A DNA stretch of 64,000 nucleotides from NCBI GenBank assembly GCA_001829315.1, contig MIAY01000010.1, positions 20,871 to 84,870 on the forward strand, in the 5' to 3' direction. Position numbers and translations under genes: made by a program. Source of the stretch: Spirochaetes bacterium GWE1_32_154 (GTDB taxonomy: Bacteria; Spirochaetota; GWE2-31-10). The notes under the pieces are model-generated. The model had not been told where the DNA came from. It was given only the letters and a program-made list of their open reading frames with translations, and searched no databases. Shown piece by piece: positions 1 through 9,553 of this stretch. The stretch's first letter is position 1, and each line of letters begins with the position of its first letter.

Positions 1-68
1 ATTATTAATGCAATACGGATTCCGCTAATTTCTTTATTCTGAATTAATTGCTCAGTCTTTAGTAACAT
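1..68 (-). CDS. 5' end of a CDS running off the left edge (MLLKTEQLIQNKEISGIRIALII...)
   Basis: ATG at 68-66 on the minus strand, AGGA just upstream, frame open to the window edge; directly downstream of the cyclase stop. Confidence 0.5.
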   Translation of the reverse strand, partial: MLLKTEQLIQNKEISGIRIALI

Positions 69-83
69 ACTACGTAATTATCC

Positions 84-2402
84 TTATTTTGAAGTTAAAA
101 CCCACGTACCGTCCCATCCTGCTTGTGGCGGATTGTTCTTAAAATGTTCACAACGTTCTAAATACACCTTTGACGGATTTGATTTGTTATTTGGAAATCG
201 TTCAATTTTTGCAGCTTCAGTAAATTTGTTAATTGACTCATCCCATTCACGACTTAAGTAATGTTTTAATGCTTCTCTATAAATAACAAATAATTTTTTC
301 TCTTTATCAGTCAGTTGCCCTTTTTCTGCAACAACTTCATAAACGATAACCGGTTCAGATTTTCCGACAACTACTATTTTATCAATATACCGGTATTCTA
401 AAAAGTCACCGACTTTATGTTTATTGCCCTGTTCATCGGTAAATATATAATTTATCGTAAATTCACTAACAAGGGTGAATACACCATATTGTTTTGCACC
501 GGCTTCAAGTCGTGCTGCAAGATTAACCGAATCTCCCATCATAGTGTAGTTCATTCGTGTGGCACTTCCCATATTTCCGACAACAATTTCACCGGTATTA
601 ACACCGATTCTCATCATCATATCATGAACAATCATTGGCCACTTGTCTCCATCCGCCCATTGAGCAGGAGGCAGGTTTTTTACATTTCTATCAGGTTCGT
701 CAGGGTTTTTCTTTTCCAGTGCCCATTTATCCCGGAGATCTAAAAGTTTATTTTGCATTCTAATAGCAGCTATACACGCTTTTAACGGGTGATCCGGTAC
801 ATCAAGAGGGGCTCCAAAAAATGAAATGATAGCATCACCTTCATATTTATCAAGTGTTCCCATATTCCCAAGAAGAATATCGGTCATTGCGGATAAATAT
901 TCATTTAACAACTCTACAAGCTGAACCGCTGTTAATTTCTCGGAAAATGTAGAAAAACCCTGAATATCGGTGAAATATGCTGTAATTTGCTTTGATTCAC
1001 CACCAAGTGTTGGCATTGTTTTATTCTCAAACATTCTGTCAATAAGTTCTGGTGCAAGGTATGAACCGAATGTTGCTTTAAGAAATTTCTTATCATTGGC
1101 TTCTGTTAATGACAGATACGCTAAAGAACCGAGGTAACTTATTACACTTATAATAATTGTATATGCCATATCAAGAACAACACCTTTAAATTTAAAGAGA
1201 AGAAGTGCTACAATAATATAGATGATAATGTAACTGAATCCGATAATATTTTTGAGATAACTGTTTTTTATGAAAGTCGTTAAAATAACAATAAGCACTA
1301 TACTTAAAAGCATTGAAATCAGACTTAATGATGCAGGTAATCTGTATAGAAATTGCTTTTCCAGGATATTACTTATAGCACATATGTGTATATATGGACC
1401 AGCGATTATCCCGGTAGGCGAAACTTTAATGTCTTTTAAACCGGCTGCAGAAGAACCAAGAACAACAATTTTGTCTTTAAATTCCTCAAGAGGAACTAAT
1501 GGTTTTTCACCTTTCATAAACTGATCCATAGATTTTATGATACTTGCTGCCGTTCTGGTTTCAAGTAATTCGGTCGATTTGTAAAAATTGATCGGCATAT
1601 CACCTTTTTTATCAAGCTGTATCGATATTTTTCCAATATCTGATTTATTGATAATTAAATTATTTTTAGTTATTTCGATGTCCTGAGCATTTATTTTTTT
1701 TGTAATTGCTTTTAATGCAAGTAACGGGAAATACGTATTTTCATATTTAACAAATAACTTTGATTTTCTTGAAACACCATCAGCATCTTCATCATGATTA
1801 ACAGAATGAAGATTTGTTGCTTCAATATATAAAGGATCAAATGGTTTAATTATAGAATTAAATTTTTTCTCCTTAACTGTTGATTTTGCATCATTTATTT
1901 TAATTTCAAAGTTGTTACTGAAAGATTCTGGTATTTTTTCAGTTGATGATATTCTATCATCATAATTAAATAATACAGCATGGCTTATATTATCATAATA
2001 TGAAGCTGCACTAGTTAATTCAATATCTTCATTTGGTATTTCTTCTGCTGGTGATTTTGGTGAATATTGAGGATAAAGAACATCAAATAAGAACATTGAC
2101 GGGTTACCTTGCATAATATAATCAACAATTGACCGTGAAATTATACCACCTCGTGGCCATGGCCAGCCTCCAATTTCAGATGACATGGCTTCAAGTGATT
2201 CTTCATTTATGTCTATAAAGATTATTTCTTTAGAAGGTTTGTTATTCTGATTAAAAAATGAGAATCTGAAATCAAGCAGTTTGTTTTCAAAGATATCAAG
2301 GGTACCGGTAATAAAGAATAATGAAATAAAAAAAGATAAACTTAGAATAAATACAACAGAGAACGAGGCTTTAGGATTGAGGGCGAATTTTTTTTTGCTC
2401 AT
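84..2402 (-). CDS. CHASE2-domain class III adenylate/guanylate cyclase
   Basis: N-terminal TM; CHASE2 motifs (IDINEESL, WPWPRG, DEDADGVSR); 3 TMs; cyclase motifs FTDIQGFS, DKYEGD, GDSVNLAARLE; C-terminal PPxxWDG tail. Confidence 0.93.
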   Translation of the reverse strand: MSKKKFALNPKASFSVVFILSLSFFISLFFITGTLDIFENKLLDFRFSFFNQNNKPSKEIIFIDINEESLEAMSSEIGGWPWPRGGIISRSIVDYIMQGNPSMFLFDVLYPQYSPKSPAEEIPNEDIELTSAASYYDNISHAVLFNYDDRISSTEKIPESFSNNFEIKINDAKSTVKEKKFNSIIKPFDPLYIEATNLHSVNHDEDADGVSRKSKLFVKYENTYFPLLALKAITKKINAQDIEITKNNLIINKSDIGKISIQLDKKGDMPINFYKSTELLETRTAASIIKSMDQFMKGEKPLVPLEEFKDKIVVLGSSAAGLKDIKVSPTGIIAGPYIHICAISNILEKQFLYRLPASLSLISMLLSIVLIVILTTFIKNSYLKNIIGFSYIIIYIIVALLLFKFKGVVLDMAYTIIISVISYLGSLAYLSLTEANDKKFLKATFGSYLAPELIDRMFENKTMPTLGGESKQITAYFTDIQGFSTFSEKLTAVQLVELLNEYLSAMTDILLGNMGTLDKYEGDAIISFFGAPLDVPDHPLKACIAAIRMQNKLLDLRDKWALEKKNPDEPDRNVKNLPPAQWADGDKWPMIVHDMMMRIGVNTGEIVVGNMGSATRMNYTMMGDSVNLAARLEAGAKQYGVFTLVSEFTINYIFTDEQGNKHKVGDFLEYRYIDKIVVVGKSEPVIVYEVVAEKGQLTDKEKKLFVIYREALKHYLSREWDESINKFTEAAKIERFPNNKSNPSKVYLERCEHFKNNPPQAGWDGTWVLTSK

Positions 2403-2432
2403 TTACACATCCTTACATACAATATTATAGGA

Positions 2433-2482
2433 AGCCTTATGCAAAAACTCGAGATAAAAAAAGAGTATTTTTGCGAGAGGCT
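2433..2482. repeat. ~50-bp palindromic MITE/REP-like element (copy 1)
   Basis: agccttatgcaaaaa-ctcgagataaaaaaagagta-tttttgcgagaggct; same core at 6603, 10678 and 16116. Confidence 0.8.
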
Positions 2483-2518
2483 ATAGTATTATAAATAAAA
2501 ATGAAAAATAATCAATAG

Positions 2519-2562
2519 GCTCTCATACAAAAAATTATTTTAATAGTTTTTTGTATGAGAGC
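2519..2562 (-). terminator. Hairpin downstream of ctpA; arms resemble the MITE-like inverted repeat
   Basis: gctctcatacaaaaaa ... ttttttgtatgagagc inverted repeat. Confidence 0.6.
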
Positions 2563-2580
2563 GTTTGTCAGACCGTTATT

Positions 2581-3999
2581 CTATTTCTTTATAGAATATT
2601 TTGTATCTGTGTTGATAATTTTATTATTATCTAATAAATCAAGTGCGGTTTTAAGTTGGATATCATATTCAAGATCAAATATCGGTGCACCATCTTTTCC
2701 GTAACTTGAAGCGTTTTTAATAAGTCTTCGTAAATAGTTATCAGATAATGCATACCCTTTATTCTGTATCTCTTTAATGAATTTAACTGTCATTTCATCA
2801 GAAATGTCACTTTTATCTTTTACAATATCATCAATCACTTTGTTTTTATATAATTTTCGTAATGTTTCTTTTTCATCGTCAGTAAGTTCAGGTTCTTTAA
2901 TTTCAATATCCGGTGTAATACCTACTCCGTGAATTGAAATGCCTGATGGGGTGTAATATTTTGCAGTTGTCATTTTAAAGCCATCTGAACCGTCACCCAT
3001 GAGTTGTATACTTTGAACTGAGCCTTTTCCAAAACTTTTCTCACCGACTAAAATACCCCGTTTATTATCCTTCATAGCACCTGCGAATATTTCTGAAGCA
3101 CTTGCAGAACCGCCGTCAATAAGTACAACAACAGGAATATTTCCTTTAATCATAGTGCTGAATTTATTAGATTTAGTTATCGTTTCTTCATTGAGCCTTC
3201 TGCCCTTTACTGATACAATGACACCTTCATCCTGAAACAGATCAATTATATTGATAACACTATCTAATAAACCGCCCGGGTTCATTCGTAAATCGACAAT
3301 GAAACCTTGAACATTTTTGGTATTTAATTTCGCAATTGCTTCTTTCACATGTTCAAAAGTAGTACCTGAGAATTGAGTAATTCGTAAGTAACCCCATTTG
3401 TTGTTGATTACGTCAGATTTAACCGTAGGAACATCAATTAATGCCCTGATTATTTCTACTTCGTATTTTATTTCATCCCGTAGAAACTCGACTTTAACAC
3501 CGGTTCCCGGAACCCCTTTTAATCTTTTTGCAGCTTCACCGACAGTTACACCTTTTAATGTTTCACCGTCAACACTGATTAAAAGATCACCCGTTTTCAT
3601 GCCTTTACGGAATGCAGGAGTATCTTCAATTGGTGACACAACACCGATATACCCGTCTTTTTCAGTTATAATCATACCAACGCCACCAAAAGTACCGGTG
3701 GAAGTGGTTCTCATTTCAGTCATTTCATCAGGGCTTAAATATTGAGTATAAGGGTCGCCTAATGCTTCAAGCATTCCTTTTATAGCTCCATTAACAAGGG
3801 CTAAATCATCAGTTTTTTCAGAATCAACAAAATCTGTTTTGATTGAATTATAAACAGACATAAACTTTTGCATATAAGGAAAAGGTTGCCCGAAACTTCC
3901 TGCTGACGCACTATTAACAAATATTACAAATAAGCCGGTGGAAAGCAATATGCTTACCGTAGCAATCCAGATAAATCGTTCGCTTTTTTTCATAACCAA
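2581..3999 (-). CDS. ctpA: C-terminal processing protease, S41A family (PDZ + peptidase)
   Basis: LGDPYT, FGGVG PDZ entry, DLRMNPGGLL, catalytic SASASE, GKGSVQ, YYTPSG. Confidence 0.93.
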   Translation of the reverse strand: MVMKKSERFIWIATVSILLSTGLFVIFVNSASAGSFGQPFPYMQKFMSVYNSIKTDFVDSEKTDDLALVNGAIKGMLEALGDPYTQYLSPDEMTEMRTTSTGTFGGVGMIITEKDGYIGVVSPIEDTPAFRKGMKTGDLLISVDGETLKGVTVGEAAKRLKGVPGTGVKVEFLRDEIKYEVEIIRALIDVPTVKSDVINNKWGYLRITQFSGTTFEHVKEAIAKLNTKNVQGFIVDLRMNPGGLLDSVINIIDLFQDEGVIVSVKGRRLNEETITKSNKFSTMIKGNIPVVVLIDGGSASASEIFAGAMKDNKRGILVGEKSFGKGSVQSIQLMGDGSDGFKMTTAKYYTPSGISIHGVGITPDIEIKEPELTDDEKETLRKLYKNKVIDDIVKDKSDISDEMTVKFIKEIQNKGYALSDNYLRRLIKNASSYGKDGAPIFDLEYDIQLKTALDLLDNNKIINTDTKYSIKK

Positions 4000-4073
4000 T
4001 ACATCTCCTTAATGAGGGCAATTCTAAAAATCACACTACTTTACTACAATTATTTATAAATTCAAATACCAAA

Positions 4074-4325
4074 CTATTTTTTAAACCAATTTTCGATTAT
4101 TTCACGATTATTTTTTACAATTTCAAAAAGGTCATCAATTTGTGAAATATTCATGGTCACACCTTTTTTTGTCGGTTTCCACTCTCCATTATCGTTATAA
4201 TGTTTTCTGATATCAAGATATTTGTAATTTTTAAACTCGGAAAGTGTGATAAAAATCGGTTCTTTTATACCTTGTGAATCATTTTCATCGATACCGATTT
4301 TACCGAGTAATTGAGAGTTTTCCAT
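4074..4325 (-). CDS. PC4/YdbC-like ssDNA-binding protein
   Basis: SEFKNYKYLDIRKHY...GEWKPTKKGVT PC4 signature. Confidence 0.88.
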   Translation of the reverse strand: MENSQLLGKIGIDENDSQGIKEPIFITLSEFKNYKYLDIRKHYNDNGEWKPTKKGVTMNISQIDDLFEIVKNNREIIENWFKK

Positions 4326-4905
4326 TATTGTCTCCTTTTTTTTCTATAGTTCTGCAAATTTTTTCAATTACCACCGGGTAATTTTCGTATTCTATGTGAT
4401 GAATGAGTTTTTCTAAATCATCCACAGTTTTAGTTCTGTCAATAAGAATTGATTTTTGAAAAATGATTTCACCGTCATCAATTCTTTCATTTACAAAATG
4501 AATTGTAATACCTGTATATGTTGTATTTCCATTGTATGCCCGGGCAATGCTGTTTATTCCTTTGTACTCAGGCAGAAGTGACGGGTGGATATTAATAACC
4601 GGTATACCGGAGTGTTGAATAAATGACTGTGAAAGAATTCTCATAAAACCGGCTAAGACACAAAGTTGTATCTTTTCTTTTTGTATGATTTCCAGGATGT
4701 GTAACTCGGCATTTTCTTTACCAGAAGTTTTGTAATCAATAAATACAGTCGGGATATTTCTTTTTTCTGCAAGTAAAGTGCAAGGTGCATCTTTTTGATC
4801 AAAGATTAAAAGTTTCACAACACCGATGCCGGATGATGCAAAATACTGTGCGATATGATCGAAATTTGTTCCTTTTCCTGAGGCAAAAACTGCTATTGAA
4901 ACCAA
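4300..4905 (-). CDS. purN: Phosphoribosylglycinamide formyltransferase
   Basis: IAVFASGKGTNF, LAGFMRILS, INIHPSLLP, GITIHFV...DDGEII; TTG start after GGGAG. Confidence 0.95.
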   Translation of the reverse strand: MVSIAVFASGKGTNFDHIAQYFASSGIGVVKLLIFDQKDAPCTLLAEKRNIPTVFIDYKTSGKENAELHILEIIQKEKIQLCVLAGFMRILSQSFIQHSGIPVINIHPSLLPEYKGINSIARAYNGNTTYTGITIHFVNERIDDGEIIFQKSILIDRTKTVDDLEKLIHHIEYENYPVVIEKICRTIEKKGDNNGKLSITR

Positions 4906-4917
4906 GAAAAACTCCCG

Positions 4918-6579
4918 TTATTTATGTGTCATTGTAGTCGTTCCATCCCAATCATCATCAGGAGGCGATGCTCTGAAAATTTTAATATCTTCTAAATACT
5001 TTGTGCTTAAAAAATCATTACCGCCAAGTTCATCTAATGACCGTATAAAGCACTTTTCGCTTTCATCCCATCTTTTTTCAAGAAAGAGTCGTACGCCCTG
5101 ATTGTATGTTGTCCAGGCTTTTTTCTGAACTGCGGTTAATTTCCGGGCAGGTTCGTAAATTTTAACCGGTTTAAATTTCCCTTTAACGCGGACTCTGTCA
5201 ATTTCACGAATGTAGAAGTAATCTTTTACCGCTTCGTACGTGCCCTCGGAAATAATTATCGGTGTATGATACTCTTTAGTTAAACCTTCAAGTCGTGATG
5301 CCAGGTTTACCGCATCCCCGATAACGGTATAATCCATCTTTTGTGACGTTCCAATATTTCCTACGGTAACAGGGCCGTAATTTATACCAATCCCGATATT
5401 AAATTCTTTTGTTCCGAGGCGTCTTTGTTCTGCATTAAATATTTCAAGAGAATCCATCATTTCAATCCCGGCAAGAACCGCTTGTTGAACATCATCATCA
5501 TAATGTTTAGGCGCTCCAAAGATTGCCATAATAGCATCCCCGATATATTTATCAATAACACCTTTTCTTTTATAAATAATATTTACCATATTAGTAAAAT
5601 AACGATTTAATGATTCAACGAGTTTTTCCGGGGTCATAGACTCTGAAATGGTTGTAAAACTTCGTATATCAGAAAAGAGAACGGTAAGGTTTGCATTTTT
5701 ACCAATTAACGCCTGATCAGGATTTTGAACTATTTCATTTACGACATCCTGAGGTACATATTTCTGGAACATTAATTTAATTCGTTCTTCTTTTTTTTGA
5801 GATAAGACGGTTTTAAAAGCGTATTCTTTAATTGTATTATGTGCATTACTTAATTCTTCAAGCATATTATTGAATGTAAAACCCATTTCACCAATTTCGT
5901 CATTATATTTAACTTCAACACGTTTAGATAAATCATTTAATTTTATTATATCATTCATCGCAACAACAATTTCATTCAATGGTTTCATGATAATTGTTAC
6001 AAAATAAAATAAAGTGACGATCATAACAAGAACACTTATGATAAAAATGAGCAGTGAATTCTGAAAGATTTTATTGGAATCATTATAAAATATAGAGGAA
6101 TATACTGATACAAGAAAGTAATAATCCCATTCGGTATAATATTTGTAATACCCGACTTTGTTCGTACCGGCACTTTTAAAAGAAATCCAGTTGGTATCTG
6201 ATGATTTTATCTGATTAAAAAAATCAATCTGACTGCCTGCCGGATAAAAAGAATCAGTTGATAATTGCACTGTTCCACGGGAATCAATAGCGATAAATGA
6301 TTCAATATCAGCTTTATTAATACTCGCTGCGTAATATTGAACGCTTTTTTTTACCTCATCCTGAAATGTCGGGTCATCTTTATATTCTGAGTTTTTCAGG
6401 TTATCAACTTCCGTATTAGCTTTCATAATTATCTGATTGATTTTATACCCGAGAAATTCTGATGCAACTTTTGTTATACCGGCTTTTGAAAAACCAACTG
6501 ACATCATTGTAAGAAATATTAAACTAACCGTTGATAAAGGTATAACAACCAGTAATATTTTGTATTTAACGCCGACCAC
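4918..6579 (-). CDS. Membrane class III adenylate cyclase (extracytoplasmic sensor, HAMP, cyclase, TPR-like tail)
   Basis: Two TMs, HAMP (DEIGEMGFTFNNM), FSDIRSFT, DKYIGD, KMDYT, GDAVNLASRLE, PPDDDWDG. Confidence 0.93.
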   Translation of the reverse strand: MVGVKYKILLVVIPLSTVSLIFLTMMSVGFSKAGITKVASEFLGYKINQIIMKANTEVDNLKNSEYKDDPTFQDEVKKSVQYYAASINKADIESFIAIDSRGTVQLSTDSFYPAGSQIDFFNQIKSSDTNWISFKSAGTNKVGYYKYYTEWDYYFLVSVYSSIFYNDSNKIFQNSLLIFIISVLVMIVTLFYFVTIIMKPLNEIVVAMNDIIKLNDLSKRVEVKYNDEIGEMGFTFNNMLEELSNAHNTIKEYAFKTVLSQKKEERIKLMFQKYVPQDVVNEIVQNPDQALIGKNANLTVLFSDIRSFTTISESMTPEKLVESLNRYFTNMVNIIYKRKGVIDKYIGDAIMAIFGAPKHYDDDVQQAVLAGIEMMDSLEIFNAEQRRLGTKEFNIGIGINYGPVTVGNIGTSQKMDYTVIGDAVNLASRLEGLTKEYHTPIIISEGTYEAVKDYFYIREIDRVRVKGKFKPVKIYEPARKLTAVQKKAWTTYNQGVRLFLEKRWDESEKCFIRSLDELGGNDFLSTKYLEDIKIFRASPPDDDWDGTTTMTHK

Positions 6580-6602
6580 AATACAACTCCGTAAATATTA
6601 AT

Positions 6603-6653
6603 GAAGCTCATGCAAAAAATTAAGATAAAAAAAGTGTTTTTTGTAAAAGACTC
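6603..6653. repeat. MITE/REP-like element (copy 2)
   Basis: gaagctcatgcaaaaaa-ttaagataaaaaaagtg-ttttttgtaaaagactc. Confidence 0.7.
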
Positions 6654-6861
6654 ACCGTAAATCAGATATATTAAATTTTGCTTCTAAATAATCATCAATA
6701 GCTTTATCGTCAATGTAACCTTTTTCGATAGCTATTTGTCCGAAAAGTTTATCAGGAGTAATTTCTTTGAGTTTAATGATTTCTTCCATTTGTTTTCTTG
6801 TCATTGCTTCTATGCGTACAAGAAACTCACCTATTTTTTCTCCCTGATACATTTCCTTCAT
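6652..6861 (-). CDS. Small stand-alone MshEN-like protein (possible c-di-GMP receptor)
   Basis: Tandem motifs KIGEFLVRIEAMTRKQMEEII and LFGQIAIEKGYIDDKAIDDYL resemble RLGxxLVxxGxI...; GGAG RBS. Confidence 0.6.
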   Translation of the reverse strand: MKEMYQGEKIGEFLVRIEAMTRKQMEEIIKLKEITPDKLFGQIAIEKGYIDDKAIDDYLEAKFNISDLR

Positions 6862-7055
6862 AACTTCTCCAAAAGTATTTAATTAAGAGGATTATAAAAT
6901 AATCTATTAAGAGACTCTTAACTTTAAAAGATAGTTTTAGACAATTAATATATTACATTATAATTCATAAATTGTAAAATATTAAGTAATAATCTTTTTT
7001 ATTGTACAAATAATGTATTATAAGTTACAATTTACAAAAAATAGTGGAGTAATGT

Positions 7056-8555
7056 ATGAGTCTCAGAGTTTTTATATTTTGTTTTTTATTTGTATTAACA
7101 GCTTTTTACGGGGAAGAGGATAAGGAAATCAAGGTTTTATTTACCGGCAATACTCATGGTTATTCAGAACGGTTTACTGATAAAGATGGAACATTAAAAG
7201 GTGGAGCTGCTGCCAGAAAGACAGTTATTGATTCTGTTACAGGTGATTTAAAAAGAACAGATATACTATTACTTGATGCCGGCGGTTTTGTGAACGGGAC
7301 TCCTCAGTCAATTTTCACGAACGGGAAAGCCGAAATCAGTGCTTTAAATCAATTAGGGTATGATGCAGTCGGTGTCGGTTTTACAGAAATAATGGACTCT
7401 TTTAAAGATTTCAGTGCTTATAATAAAGAATCCCGCTTTTATTTTATAAGTTCAAATATACAGGCTAAAAAAAAAGGTATTGCGGAATCATATTATGTCA
7501 AAACAATTAATGGCGTTAAAGTTGCAGTTGTTTCATTTGTGAGAGAAGAACTAATTACTGCAATGAGTAGCGTTGCACAAAAAGATTTTAATATTGATGA
7601 TCCTTATAATACAGCAATGGAACTGGTTACTGCAATAAAAAATAAAGAAAACCCCTCAGTTATAATAGCACTTACTTCTATGGGGTATAATGAAAAAGAT
7701 AGTATTTCAGGGGTGGTACGGTTGGCTGCATCTGTACCCGACATAGATATTATCATTGAAGCTGATAGTTGTTTAACGGGAAATGAAACTTTTACAAAAG
7801 GAAAAACTCATATTGTAACAACGGGGGAGAAGGGGGTATTTCTTGGCGAGTTAAAGATTTTTCTACAAAATAATACTGTTTCTTCTGTTCATCCGAAATA
7901 CCATTTAATTGATGAGTCAGTTGAAGAGGATAGTTCAATTAAAAATAAATTAGCTTCTATAACAAAAAATTATGCTAAATCTCTTGAAAAGAGAGTGGCG
8001 ACATTGAAAAATGGTACACTTTCTTCAGCGGGAAGAATGGAAAAACTCACCACTTTAACTTCTGTTGTAACCGATGCGGTTGTTTCTGAGACAGCCGTTG
8101 ATATTTGTTTTATTAATGCGGGTTTTTTTGCAGATGCTGAATTGTATGAAGGCAAGATTATTAATTATGATACATTTAATGAAGCAATTAAATTTGATAA
8201 TGCAGTTGTTTTACTTAATATTACCGGAAAAGAGTTAAGCGAAATATTTGAATACTCATTTAACAGAATCGGATATGGAAATTTTCTTTTATATAGTGGT
8301 GCTCAAGTAGATTATAATGCAGAGTCTAAAGTTGTTGAAGCTATACGAATAAAAGATCAGAATATTGCTGATGCTAAAATCTACAAAGTTGCAATAACTG
8401 ATTATCTGGCAAATGGCGGGGATGGATATGAATTGTTCAAAAAAAATAGTACAAAAATCAATACGCATATTCCGGTTAGCATACTGCTTGGCCGTTATCT
8501 TACCACTTTAAAATCTATTAACGCTATTGCGCCGAATGGCTTAATTATAAAATAA
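7056..8555 (+). CDS. Exported 5'-nucleotidase/UshA-fold protein with degenerate metal ligands
   Basis: Signal peptide; metallophosphoesterase scaffold (FTGNTHG, LLDAGG, GYDAVGVG) plus 5'-NT C-domain (FINAG, YKVAITDYLANGGDGY). Confidence 0.85.
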   Translation: MSLRVFIFCFLFVLTAFYGEEDKEIKVLFTGNTHGYSERFTDKDGTLKGGAAARKTVIDSVTGDLKRTDILLLDAGGFVNGTPQSIFTNGKAEISALNQLGYDAVGVGFTEIMDSFKDFSAYNKESRFYFISSNIQAKKKGIAESYYVKTINGVKVAVVSFVREELITAMSSVAQKDFNIDDPYNTAMELVTAIKNKENPSVIIALTSMGYNEKDSISGVVRLAASVPDIDIIIEADSCLTGNETFTKGKTHIVTTGEKGVFLGELKIFLQNNTVSSVHPKYHLIDESVEEDSSIKNKLASITKNYAKSLEKRVATLKNGTLSSAGRMEKLTTLTSVVTDAVVSETAVDICFINAGFFADAELYEGKIINYDTFNEAIKFDNAVVLLNITGKELSEIFEYSFNRIGYGNFLLYSGAQVDYNAESKVVEAIRIKDQNIADAKIYKVAITDYLANGGDGYELFKKNSTKINTHIPVSILLGRYLTTLKSINAIAPNGLIIK

Positions 8556-8566
8556 TATACGAGGAG

Positions 8567-9553
8567 ATGTGTATGAAAGAATTTAAATTACCTAATGGTT
8601 TTATTGTTAAACCTGTTCTTGCGATTGCTCTTGCAATAGGTTTATTGGGTGCCATCGGGGTATTTATGACGTTTTTTATTGTTGATCAGAAAGAACAGGG
8701 GGTTATTCTCCGGTTCGGAAAATTAAACAGACTGGTTGATCCCGGTTTGAATTTTAAACTTCCTTTCGGGATTGAAAAAAGCTATCTTGTTCCTACTCAG
8801 GTTGTTCTTAAGGAAGAATTTGGTTTTAGAACATTAAGTTCGGGAAATGGGAGTACTCAATATTCACAAAATGATTTTCCTAATGAGTCTTCAATGTTAA
8901 CAGGTGATCTTAATATTGTTAATGTTGAATGGATTATTCAATACAGGATTTCAGATCCGGTACAATGGTTATTTAATGTTGATAATCCGATTCAGACAAT
9001 TCGCGATATTTCTCAATCAGTTGTTAATCAATTAATTGGAGATAGAGCAATTCTTGATGTTATCGGTGCTGAACGGGCAAACATCGAAGTTCATGGTCAG
9101 GATATGATGAATGTTTTGTTTGAAAAGTATGAGTTAGGTATACGGGTAACAACATTGAAATTACAGAATATTGTTCCACCAAAAGGAACGGTTCAAAATG
9201 CTTTTGAAGATGTTAATAAAGCGATACAGGATAGAAACAGGTTAATTAATGAAGGGAAACAAGTTTATAATGAACAAGTCCCGAAAGCAAAAGGGGAGTC
9301 CGAGGCATTTATTCAGGAAGCTAAGGGATATGCTATAGAAAGAACTAATAAAGCAGAAGGTGATGTAGCACGATTTATCAATGTTCTAAGTGAATATAAG
9401 AAAAATCCGGAAGTTACGAGAACGAGACTTTATTTTGAAATGTACGAAAATGTTTTTGTAAAAGATGAAAAAATTGATTTGATTGATAAAAATCTTAAAA
9501 ACTTCGTTCCATTTAAAACCTTAAATGATCAAACTGCAGGAGGAAGCAAATGA
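8567..9553 (+). CDS. hflK: FtsH protease modulator HflK
   Basis: SPFH domain; MLTGDLNIVNVEWIIQY; EYKKNPEVTRTRLY. Confidence 0.93.
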   Translation: MCMKEFKLPNGFIVKPVLAIALAIGLLGAIGVFMTFFIVDQKEQGVILRFGKLNRLVDPGLNFKLPFGIEKSYLVPTQVVLKEEFGFRTLSSGNGSTQYSQNDFPNESSMLTGDLNIVNVEWIIQYRISDPVQWLFNVDNPIQTIRDISQSVVNQLIGDRAILDVIGAERANIEVHGQDMMNVLFEKYELGIRVTTLKLQNIVPPKGTVQNAFEDVNKAIQDRNRLINEGKQVYNEQVPKAKGESEAFIQEAKGYAIERTNKAEGDVARFINVLSEYKKNPEVTRTRLYFEMYENVFVKDEKIDLIDKNLKNFVPFKTLNDQTAGGSK

